DNA of 64,000 bases from positions 218,426,001 through 218,490,000 of the forward strand of contig NC_067403.1 of the NCBI RefSeq assembly GCF_016432865.1, in the 5' to 3' direction. Position 1 is the stretch's first letter. Each line of letters begins with the position of its first letter. The position numbers and the translations under genes were made by a program. Source of the DNA: Antechinus flavipes (lineage: Eukaryota). Shown here in pieces: positions 40,585-50,749 of this stretch. The notes under the pieces were generated by a model. It did not search any database, was not told the DNA's origin, and saw only the letters and a program-made list of their open reading frames with translations.

Positions 40585-40806
40585 TTTGCACTCATTTCAG
40601 TTGCATCCAGCTCTTTATGACCTCATTTGGATTTTTCTTAGCAAAGATGCTACAACGGTTGGCCATTTCCTTTTCCAACTCATTTTACAGATGAGGAAAC
40701 TGAGGCATCCAGGTGAAATTATTTGCCCAGTATAACACAGCTAGTAAGTATCTGAAGTCAGGTTTGAACTCAGGAAGAAGAGTTTTCCTAACTCTCGGCC
40801 CAGTGT
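40585..40806 (-). mobile_element. Marsupial CORE-SINE (long form)
   Basis: tttttcttagcaaagat...ggccatttccttttccaactcattttacagatgaggaaactgaggc. Confidence 0.85.
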
Positions 40807-42179
40807 CATGAGAGGACTAGATAATAATAATTAAGGCCACAAGAAATCTCTTCTAGATGATATGTGAGGAAGGCAGCTTCTTAAGGCACTTTAAAAGGCC
40901 CAACATTTGGTAGGAAGGAAACCAAATCTGGAAGTAGAAAACTTGGATACTTGTGTCAGTATCAGTCTTTAGTTCCTTTTGTTTTTCTGCCAACTTCTCT
41001 TCTTCTCCCTTTCTCTTTTCTCTCTTGTCTTTTTCTTTGTTCTAATTTTCCCTCCCCCTCTCTTCTTCCTCACTCACCCTTTTCTGGAAAAATACACAAG
41101 GCACATACTTATTTGCCTTTCACACATTGTGTGAACTTAGGTGACATTCTCTCTGGACTTCAGTTGCCTCTTTGTAGAACGTCCGACGGGGGCTCTTTCT
41201 AGCTCCAAGAGCCATGATTTTTCATTAGATGAAACAGCAGGAAAGAAATCTGTCATAAATGTAAAGTTGGTTTAGGAGGCACACATCTGGTAAAGAGATA
41301 GAGTGATGAAAAGCTACCAAAGACAATGGAAAGGTTTAAAGAATTTTCATTGTTGAGGAGTCAGGCATTTAGGCAATCTTTGCCCTAGCCAGGGTTGTAA
41401 AGAGCACTGTGAATACAGCATTTATACTTCAAAATTCCATGTTTGGAAGGGGAAAAGCCAAACATTAAAAGCCTGATTCACTTGGGCTGAGTCCATTTGT
41501 TGAGTGTTTAACAGCCTGCGGGCAGATGAAGTGAGGGGAACAAACAAAAATCCATGCAGACAGTTCACTGAACTCTCTCTTCCTTCCAAACTATCATGAA
41601 CTTTGATTCTACTGATGAATGTGCACATAGTAGCATTTAGACAAACACTTAAAAAAATGCTTTTGTTACAAAAAACCTACATCTTTTCCCAAGTTATTTC
41701 CATTATGTCTTGTTTGTGGGTTTAAAAAACTCAGCATTTCTGGAATGTCTTGACTGGTACTGGTAGGAGGTGAAAAAGACACTTGCTAATTGACTTTTTT
41801 GAATACTGTTCTATAAAAAGTTATTTCTGGGAAGAAAAAAAGGAAAGGAGGAAAGAGAGGGAGACAGAGAGGGACAGAGACAGAGACAGATACACAGAAA
41901 GGGGAACAGAGACAGAGAGAGGGAGGGAGGGATAGAGGGAGAAAGTAAAAGCATAGCTGGAAATAAATGAAATAAATAAATTAAATATAACATTAGGACT
42001 AAGTATTATATTGAAATAATTTAGTTGGTCATTATTGAAAAACCAATACTGATCATGTTTACAACAAAGGCATGTCAACTAATGGTTATCAATATTAATT
42101 AAGCATATTCTCTCTGATGATTGTGCTCCATGGATACTGTGTTTTCTTACACAAAAAACAATTTTTTAAAATAATATAT

Positions 42180-43665
42180 TTTTTTCATTTTTAAAATATA
42201 TGCAAAGACAATTTTCAGCATTCACCCTTGCAAAATCCTGTGTTTCAATTTTTTTTCTCCCTTCCTTCCTCTCCCTCCCCCAGATAGCAAGCCATACAAA
42301 ATGTGCAATTCTTCTATACATATTTCCACAATTATCATGCTGCACAAGAAAAATCAGATTACAAAGGAAAAAAAAAAGAAAGCAAACAACAACAAAAAAA
42401 GTGAAAATGCTATGTTGTGCCCCACACTTAGTCCCAATAGTCCTTTCTCTGGGTGTAGATGGCTCTCTTCATCACAAGATCATTGGAATTGGTCTGAATC
42501 ATCTCATTGTTGAAGAGACTCGCATCCATCAGAACTGATCATTGTAGAATCTGCTGTTATCGTGTACAATTGATCTCCTGGTTCTGCTATTTCACTCAGC
42601 ATCAGTTCATATAGGTCTCTCCAGGCCTCTCTGAAATCATCCAGCTGATTGTTGTTTTTTTTTTAATAGAATAATAATATTCTATAACACATATATATCA
42701 CAACTTATTCAGCCATTCCCTAACTGATGGGTATCACTCAGCTTCCAGTTCATTGCCTCTACAAAAAGGACTGTTACAAACATTTTTGCACATGTGGATC
42801 CCTTTCCCTTTTTTGTGATCTCTTTGGGATATAAGCCCAGTAGAATCACTGCTGGATGAAAGGGTAAGCAGAGTTTGAAAGCCCTTTGAGCATAGTTCCA
42901 TATTGCTCTCCAGAATGGTTGGATCAGTTCACAATGTCACCAACAATGTATCAGTGTCCCAGTTTTCCCACATCCTCTCCAATATTCATCATTATCTTTT
43001 CCTGTCAACTTAACCAATCTGAGAGGTATGTAATAGTATTGTATTGATTTGCATTTCTCTGATCAACAGTGATTTAAAACATTTTTTCAGTTTTTATTTC
43101 TTCATTTGAAAATTGTCTATTCATATCTTCTGATTATTTATCACTTAGAGAATGGCTTGTATTCTTATAAATTTGGGTCAATTCTCTATATATTTTAGAA
43201 ATGAGAGGCCTTTATCAGAACCCTTGGATATATATTTTCCCCAATCTTCTGTTTCCTTTCTAATCTTGTCTGCATTGGTTGTGTTTGTACAAAAACTTTT
43301 TAACTTAATATAATCAAAATCATCCGTATGGCATTCCGTAATATACTCTAGCTCTTTTCCACAGATTTGAGAGGTAGAATATTCTTTTTTTTCTTCTAAT
43401 TTGCTTATAATATCACTTTATGTCTAAATCATGAATCCATTTCAACCTTATCTTGATATAGGGTGTTAGGTGTTGGTCAATGCCTTGCTCTTGCCATACT
43501 ATTTTTCAATTTTTCCAGCAATTTTTGTCAAATAGTGAGTTCTTATTCCAGAAGCTGGGGTCTTTGGGTTTATCAAACATTAGATTATCATAGTCATTGA
43601 CTATCATGTCTTGTGAACCTAACCTATTCCATTATCAACTAGTCTATTTCTTAGCTAGTACCAAA
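42180..43665 (-). mobile_element. L1 3' ~1.5 kb (ORF2 C-terminus + 3' UTR), relatively well preserved
   Basis: Continuous reverse L1 sequence from the T-rich tail through ttcttattccagaagctggggtctttgggtttatcaaac. A second short L1 tail lies at ~43830-44010. Confidence 0.9.
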
Positions 43666-46622
43666 CAAAGCTCTTTTCGATAACAAGAACTATAGTAGCT
43701 TATAGTTGTATTCTGCTTTATCACTTTTAAATTCCTCACTTTCTATAGGAACACACAGGCATAAATAGGAGTACGGGCACTTTTCTTTCCTCTTTTTTGC
43801 CTTTTATTCTTCCTTTCTTTTTTGAAATTTTCACTAGTATTTTATTTTTCCAAATACATGTAAATATCATTTTCAAAATTCATTTTTGTATAACTTTCTA
43901 TTCCAAATTTTTCTTCTTCCCTTCCTTCCCTCCCCCCTCCCTAAAACAGCAAGTAATCTGATATAGATTAAATATGTGCAATCTTTTAAACATATTTCGT
44001 GCTGTGAAACAAAAATCAGACCAAAAGGGGGAAAAACAATGAGAAAGAAAAAAACAAATAAGAACAATATTCTTCCTTTCCAAAAGATCACAGATGGAGA
44101 AGTAAAAGTTTATCTTGTCCAACCCCTTCAATTTATAGATGGGGGAATTGAGATCTTGAGAAGTGACATGGTCTTTTTCATAGAAGCTGTAGCGACAGAA
44201 CTGAACTAACTATGACCTGGAGCCAAAAGACTCCAAACCTAACACTTTGCACTAAACCTCCCTGCCACAGCCACCATCACCTCCTCCAACCCTTCTTCCT
44301 CTTCCTTCTCCCCAAATGCCTAAGAAAACTCAATCCTAGAGAGCTGAGATGGTTTGTCCATAGTCACAAAGCAAAGTCAGGACTATTCTCCTGCTTTTCC
44401 AATTTCAAATCCAGACTCCTTCCTACTCCAGACTTTGCTTTGAGACACTCATAATAGTTAGTTTTTTATTCTGATTCTGAGCATGCAGACAACTAAAACT
44501 AAATCGAGATAGCTCAGTTTCGCAGAAAGCACTAAGCTAAGATTTTTATTGGTGCAATTGGCTTCAGCTGAAAAGCAATTCAACAGAAGGTGGAGGAGTG
44601 GGCTACCTTTTCCCAAAAGTAAACCATTATTCAGGCAGCTGAAAATCTAAACTTTGTTTATTATAATATTAGGTTTTCCTAAATGTGATGCTTCTATGAT
44701 CAGGCTAAATTGGTCAGGGACAGGCTTTTTTAGTTATTATTTTTGTTTTGACTCCCAAATAAGTCCTTCTCTGATTCCTTATTGTAGTAGGGAGGTAAGG
44801 TTAAGTTTTAAAACTATACCAGTGTAAAGCAGGTTCACACTGTTTCTATCAAGTTGGAAAGGCTTTGAGTTGGGTTCCAGTGAAACGTGATGCCTGGGAT
44901 CTCAGGGCCAGCAAAGGCTGGTCTCTACAAATAATTTGGGAGAGTCAATCTGTGAAATAGACAAAAATGCAAAATAGCCCTTTATCCTACATAATCCTCT
45001 TTTCTTTTCATAATGACAATGATGTAAGCACAGAAAATGGGAAAGTATTAGAATATTACTGTTGTTATTCTTTATATAAGATCTTTACCCATTGGCCAAC
45101 ATTCTCATTACAAATAAAAGCAGAAGACATAAAGTTGCAACTAAATCAAGGAATAACATTAAAAAAAAGGAATTTTTATAGGTGGTCTTAAAAGTTCTTT
45201 TAAATGTGTAATAGCTGTCACTAAGGAGAGGGCCTCTCTTAATTTTTTTTTGAAATAAATTTATATAACATGCAGTTTGAGAAATGTATTTTAATCTAAG
45301 GAAGTTGTTCTAAATTTTAAGAGAAAGGTGTCTCAACTTTCAAGGAAAAAAAATCAAAAGAGAAGGGGAAAAGGCAGCAGATTATTATTAACTCATTGGT
45401 TTCCATCTTAAAGTTGCAAGCAGATTAGGACTCAGAGAGTTATGGTCCCAAAGCATCCTTTGAAAATAATCTCTTAAGTGGTTTAACATATCAAGGCAGA
45501 ACAGCATATGGCCTGAACAATATAAACTCCACTGACTGAAGTTCAGATAACCAAAAATTCTTTCCCTTGCCCCTGTCCATGCTCTTTCTTCTTGCAAGAC
45601 TTTGGATCAATGTTTCCCTTTTCTGCTTCACTTTGAATCTATGCTCTTCAGCTACTTCCATAACCACCCTTTGCTGAATGACAATTAAAATAACCCCAGG
45701 TACTCTTGATCATGGAATACTTTTCAGTTTATACTTTATAGTTTATACTATAACATCATGATTAGCATTAAACTTGATCCCAGGAAGACTTAGATTCAAA
45801 TCTTCCATTAGACACTAGAAGCTTAACCCCTAAAATCCCTTAATTTCTTTCAATCTCAATTTCCTCACCTACAAAATAAGAATTATAAAACCTTTATATT
45901 TACCTTACAGGTTTGTGAAGATTAAATGGGATGATGTATATAAAGTGTTATATCAATGTTGGTTATTATCACTATCACCAATATCACAGGTAAAAATAAT
46001 AAAAGGCTTTTGGAACCCATCTACCATGGCCAATTTATAAGAAGACATGGATGAGAGTCTCACAATAAAGAAACATATGGGTAGCTTGTGATGTGTAACA
46101 TTGTAGAGAATACTTGGATTTTGTGAGATCATGGATATATCTGAGTCATATCATCAAGATAACAGATACAGTGTTTCGACTGAGATGCTTAAGGAGCCGC
46201 AGTGCCTTGGACTTCTTTTAAGGTCACTGTGAAAATAAAAATAAGTAAGCATAAAGAGGAAGAATTAAATTTTCTTTTGCAATTTCAGGTAAGACTATAC
46301 CTAAACTATCAGGTTCTAGGAACAAATCACTTAATATACATTAGTGAGATCTAGTAGAAAGTAGGGACTAAATGGTGTGTATTTACATCCTTGATTTTAA
46401 ATGAAATTGTTAGGCACTAGCGCACTATCTCTGGAGTAAGAAATCCTGGATGCAAATTCTACTCAAACAATTTCTTCCTGTATAACCTTCAGCAAATCTC
46501 TTATGTTTCCTCATATGTAAAATGAGAGGGCTGGACTAGATGGTTTCTGAAGTTTTTTCTAGTTGTAGTCATATAATTCTGTGATCTTATGACCAGGTAC
46601 CTGGATTGATTTTGCCCTAATC

Positions 46623-46823
46623 CAATGGTCATCAAAGTGTAGTCCAAAGAATTGTTGGAGTCTCTGAAACCCTTTCAGAGGGTCTACAAATTCAAAATTA
46701 TTTTTATTTCTAATATAGTAAATAGCTATAACTATAACCCATGTGAACAAAAACTCTTTGAACAGATCCTCAATAATTTTTAACAACATGAAGATACTGA
46801 GAATAAAAGTTTGAGAATCACTG
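46623..46823. mobile_element. hAT-Charlie-type MITE (201 bp) with perfect 8-bp TSD
   Basis: TIRs caatggtcatcaaagt / agtttgagaatcactg. TSD ccctaatc at 46615-46622 and 46824-46831. Confidence 0.9.
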
Positions 46824-47203
46824 CCCTAATCAAATGATAATATTTTAGTTATTCATACTGTCTTAAAGCTTTTAGGAGTTTTAAATTACAATCTTAATTA
46901 ACATGCTCTGTATTTTTCCTGTAGTTGGCAGGAGATTTTTACCCAATTTAAAATTTTAATTTTTTACTTTTAAAATTTAATCCAATCAACATTCATTGGG
47001 TACTTGGTTTGCATAAGATCCTCTACTAGGTGTTAAAGATACAAAGACAAAAAACAGAAAACAAAAACAAAAATAGGTCCTTCCCTCAAAAGGCTTACAT
47101 TTTATTTAGATAGGGAGGGTCTAGCATGGCTGTCTTCATGCCTGAAATGAACTCCCTCCTTAACTTCAATTAAAAATATTCTCCCTTTTAAGATAAAGTT
47201 CAG

Positions 47204-47752
47204 TGAAGGGATGTCCATCAACTAGGGAATGGGTGAATAAATTGTAGTATGTAATTGAGAAGGAATATCATTATTCAATAAGAACAGATAGCAGGATGCT
47301 TTCAGAAAAACCTGGACAGAATTCCATGAACTCAAGCAAAGTGAAATTTAGTATGTGCATGATAATAGCAATATTGTGAGATGATCAGCTGCGTATGACT
47401 ATTGTTCTCAGCAATACAATGATCCAAGGCTATTCTGAAGGACTTATGATGACAAATGATAACCCAAACAAGAGAAAGAACTGATTGTGTCTGAATACAG
47501 ATTGAAACATACTTAAAAAAAAAACTTTGTTTCTTGAGGGCTTTTTTTTTTTTTTGGGAGGGGAAGAGCTTGTTTTCTTTTGTAACATAACTTTTATGGA
47601 AACGTTTTGCCTTACTTCACATGTGCCTTCTCAATGGGGATGTTTGGGAAGGAATAGAGAGAATCTGGGACTCACAATTTTAAAAACAAATATAAAAAAT
47701 TGTTTTACCCATAGCTGAGGAAAATAAAAATGTTAAATAAAAAGAAAAAAAA
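47204..47752 (+). mobile_element. L1 3' end (same family as 4910-5460) inserted in an L2 tail
   Basis: 14-bp TSD aagat(a/g)aagttcag at 47190-47203 and 47753-47766, plus a poly-A tail. Confidence 0.85.
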
Positions 47753-47904
47753 AAGATGAAGTTCAGGCATGATCTTCTGCATAAAGCTTTGCTTGATCCT
47801 GTCCCCTCCACCCCCAAATGCTGGTAACCTTCCTTCTAAATAATGTTTGATTAACTACTTTGCATATATTTATATTTGCTGGAATTTATTAACTATTATG
47901 TGAG

Positions 47905-48059
47905 TGATTAGATTGCACAGTGAACAGAGCACTGGGCTGGGAGACAGGAACACCTGAGTTCAAATCCATCCTCAATTACTACGTTTGTGATCCTAAGCAA
48001 TTCATTTAACCCTGTTTGTCTTAATTTCCTCATTTACAAAACGAGGCTGAGCAGGAAAT
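47905..48059 (+). mobile_element. CORE-SINE (WSINE1/Mar1-like) 5' part, cut off by the ERV LTR
   Basis: tRNA-like head (gagttcaaatcc) and CORE sequence ending ...gagcaggaaat exactly at the LTR TG. The usual 3' half (ggcaaaccac...) is absent. Confidence 0.75.
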
Positions 48060-48560
48060 TGTTGTGAGCTTTTTCTTCTCAAAACGCAGCCAGGTGATAA
48101 AAGTTCAGATCTTTTATTATCCCAGTATAGCCCGGTTAGCTTAGAGGTCTATCTCTCTGCTTGGTTCCAAGAACTCCCTCTGAATGTCGCCAAATCCAAA
48201 GGTTTTGTCCTTCAGCCTCTGCCTCTGCTTTCTTCAGCCTCCAGCCAGCTCCACTCTTCATGTCATTCCAGTGAAATCTTGACTTGTAGCGTCTTCCTCT
48301 CTCCAGAACTCTCCGACTGGCCCATTGGCCTATTTATGCTCCTTCCAGAGAGAGGGATTATGGGTTTTCTCCCATAGTGCTCTCTGGCCCAATGACTTCA
48401 AGGGAGGTGTGAACTCATTGAACTCCAATGAGTAAAGGTGTGAATACAAGCCTTGTATTGATTAGTTCTACTTAGTACCTTGTTTCAGGTTCTGGCCAAA
48501 ACATCTTCTTGTAAGATTAGATCAACTCTAATTAGTTAGCAGTTAGTAAGGATTCCAACA
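48060..48560 (-). mobile_element. 3' LTR of the ERV (501 bp)
   Basis: Bounded by TGTTG (48060-48064) and CAACA (48556-48560) inverted termini. On the minus strand it has a TATA-like CATAAATA (48331-48338) and AATAAA (48113-48118), and it is immediately preceded by a PPT. Several CpGs are retained. Confidence 0.9.
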
Positions 48561-48576
48561 TCTCCCCCTTTCTTTT
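48561..48576 (-). promoter_or_regulatory. Polypurine tract (PPT)
   Basis: Minus strand reads AAAAGAAAGGGGGAGA directly abutting the LTR TG, a betaretrovirus-style PPT. Confidence 0.9.
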
Positions 48577-48744
48577 GTTTTAAAACATAGGGGGTTTCTG
48601 AGGGAGTACACATAAATCCATCAATATAGGCCAGAACTTTGTAACAGATATACATGGTATACATAAATCCATCAATATGGGAGGCATTATACATAATTTA
48701 CATAAGCACATAGCAATATAACACAGGCTAGTAGTAATGTAACA

Positions 48745-48985
48745 AATAACATGAATCATCCTGAAAATTTACACATGTCCATAAGTCCTAGAAACAGTCC
48801 AATAGGATTCCATTGTCCATTAGTTCATGTGCCAGGAATCCAATAGTTCCTGTAAGCTCTGAAGTACTGCAAAAAGTCTCATCAACAATTTTTCATCTTA
48901 AGGAACCCAATGATTCTTGCTGGTTTTTCAGGAACTGAAATAGTTTCATCTTGTGTTAGGCAATTCAAAGATTTCTGAAGATTTT
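48745..48985 (-). pseudogene. Degenerate env TM ectodomain remnant (gamma-type immunosuppressive-domain region)
   Basis: With one frameshift it reads QELLDS/LAHELMDNGILLDCF*DLWTCVNFQDDSCY. The D-S-L...N...LD spacing matches DSLAEVVLQNRRGLD, followed by a C-x7-C segment in the position of CX6CC. Confidence 0.55.
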
Positions 48986-49122
48986 AAGAGTCCTTTTGAC
49001 AGTCTCATTGTCAGCCATCTGATTCTTTCTTCATCAGTGGAAATATAAGCAGATCCTCTTCCCCAAGCAGTTAATCTAATTCCCTTCTATTTACCAAATT
49101 TGGGATTTCTCCTCATCATCTG
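48985..49122 (-). pseudogene. Integrase C-terminal domain remnant
   Basis: Translates as QMMRRNPKFGK*KGIRLTAWGRGSAYISTDEERIRWL. This matches the betaretroviral IN CTD pattern WxDPxxxxWKGPDxLxxWGRGxACI, with the W of WKG changed to TAG. Confidence 0.8.
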
Positions 49123-49126
49123 GTAA

Positions 49127-50749
49127 TTACATTGGAGCTGTTTGCATTGGATATTGTCTTGTTGTCTTAAAAGGCCTGTATTCTTCCCAACTGTAATCCT
49201 GATTGCTTTTCTGTTGGTTGATGACATCAGAATACTGAATTTCTAAAGTCTCTCTGGGTGTAACCTCAGCTGCTATCATGCCCCACCTGTCCTTTGATTG
49301 ATACTTTGGAGCTGGGCCTTGCCTCTCATTCTTCTGGGTCAATATACATTTAGAGGCCCAATGAAAGCCTCGGTTACATTTTGGACATGGGGTTTTGGGT
49401 TTTCTCTCACCCTGTCTTCTCACTCTATCTCCATATCTACAATGAGCTCTCAAATGTCCAATTTTTCCGCACTGAAAACATCGACGAGTTTCTCTAGAAT
49501 TCCTCTGCCAAGAAGGACCTTGTCTTTCCATGTTCATCATAGTCTGGGCATAATAAGCATTTGTGCCCACTGTGGCACAGCGTCTAATGATCTCCTCTAA
49601 AGAAGCATTTTTGTCTAGCCCCCATATAATTCTCTTGCAAACCTCATTGGCATTTTCCTTAGCCAAATGTCTAGTCATTATTTCTGTGGCAGCATTATCT
49701 CCAATGGTTCTTATTACAGCTGTTTGCAGACGTCCCACAAAATCTGCAAAAGGTTCATTGGGACCTTGCTCTATTTTTGTGAAAACATTATTTCCATCTT
49801 TCTGTCCAGGGAGAGAATTCCAAGCTTTTATTGCAGCCTTAGAAATTTGCTCATACACTGTTATGGGATAATAAATCTGTTCTGAACTCTCTGCATACTG
49901 ACCTTCACCAGCTAGTTGGTCAAAAGCAACTTGTACAATAGCTCCTGTTTGCCTATTGCGTTGGGCTTGAATCCTACATAATTCATGAAACTCCGAAAGC
50001 CACAATAAATTTTGTCCCGGTTCTAGACAAGTTTTCGTTATGGATTTCCAGTCATTCGGGGTTAGGATTTCATAAGACAAATTATCTAGTAACATCTTCA
50101 CATAAGATGATGTAGCCCCATAAAGAGTGCAACCCTTTTTCAAATCTTTAATTTTTCCCAAATTAAAAGCAGTGTATTTTCTCTCTTTTTGACCTGAGGA
50201 GTTGAGCTCTTCAATCACAGGATATGCATTTATAAAATCAGATATATCTTCTCCTTCATTTTTTGCCTTAATTAATGCTTTTTCTAATCTTGTTAAATTC
50301 TGCTTTACAGGAGAAGCTGACTGTGTTTCTGTCTCTCTCCCTCCCCCTTGTTCTACCCATGAAGGGTTAATTGCGGGGGGAGGGTCATGAGATGTGGAAT
50401 CACCTAATTCCTCCTGCTGTGAAGTATCATACTCAGAATTGTAATTAACTCCATTCTCATCTGATTTGTCCTCCTTTTCACCTAGTAAAGTTGGCACTTC
50501 CTCCTGTACTTTCCTTTTCATCATTCTATCACTTAAATAACTTCTTATAGCCAATTGTAATACATTATATGTATTAATTATTGAGTTAGGCCCATTTTTA
50601 TCATAGAATTGACAAAGATCCTCTCCAACCAATTTCCATTCATTTAGATCTAATTCCTTATCAAGAGAGAAACAAGGACATATGTCCTTTACAGTTTGTA
50701 AAAATTCAGTGATTTGCTGTAAACTTATAATTAAACCTTGACTTTCCAT
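49127..50749 (-). CDS. gag: Endogenous betaretrovirus-like (class II/ERVK-type) Gag polyprotein, 540 aa open frame
   Basis: MA motif CPCFSLDKELDLNEWKLVGEDL resembles betaretroviral CPWFPxxGTLDLxDWxxxGxxL. The CA start YPVIEE...KDLKKGCTLYGATSSYVKMLL is followed by the major homology region IEQGPNEPFADFVGRL (~49738-49775). Two CX2CX4HX4C knuckles follow: CFQCGKIGHLRAHC (49439-49480) and CPKCNRGFHWASKC (49346-49387). No stops or frameshifts. Confidence 0.96.
   Translation of the reverse strand: MESQGLIISLQQITEFLQTVKDICPCFSLDKELDLNEWKLVGEDLCQFYDKNGPNSIINTYNVLQLAIRSYLSDRMMKRKVQEEVPTLLGEKEDKSDENGVNYNSEYDTSQQEELGDSTSHDPPPAINPSWVEQGGGRETETQSASPVKQNLTRLEKALIKAKNEGEDISDFINAYPVIEELNSSGQKERKYTAFNLGKIKDLKKGCTLYGATSSYVKMLLDNLSYEILTPNDWKSITKTCLEPGQNLLWLSEFHELCRIQAQRNRQTGAIVQVAFDQLAGEGQYAESSEQIYYPITVYEQISKAAIKAWNSLPGQKDGNNVFTKIEQGPNEPFADFVGRLQTAVIRTIGDNAATEIMTRHLAKENANEVCKRIIWGLDKNASLEEIIRRCATVGTNAYYAQTMMNMERQGPSWQRNSRETRRCFQCGKIGHLRAHCRYGDRVRRQGERKPKTPCPKCNRGFHWASKCILTQKNERQGPAPKYQSKDRWGMIAAEVTPRETLEIQYSDVINQQKSNQDYSWEEYRPFKTTRQYPMQTAPM

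Noticed and set aside
44788-44794. tag|TAGGGAG|gtaagg micro-exon-like pattern
   Set aside because: The 7-nt or 4-nt length breaks frame, and there is no supporting context.
49298-50390. Plus-strand ORFs of 100, 102, 72 and 62 aa overlapping gag
   Set aside because: They are antisense shadows of the gag frame with no recognisable motifs and no promoter evidence.
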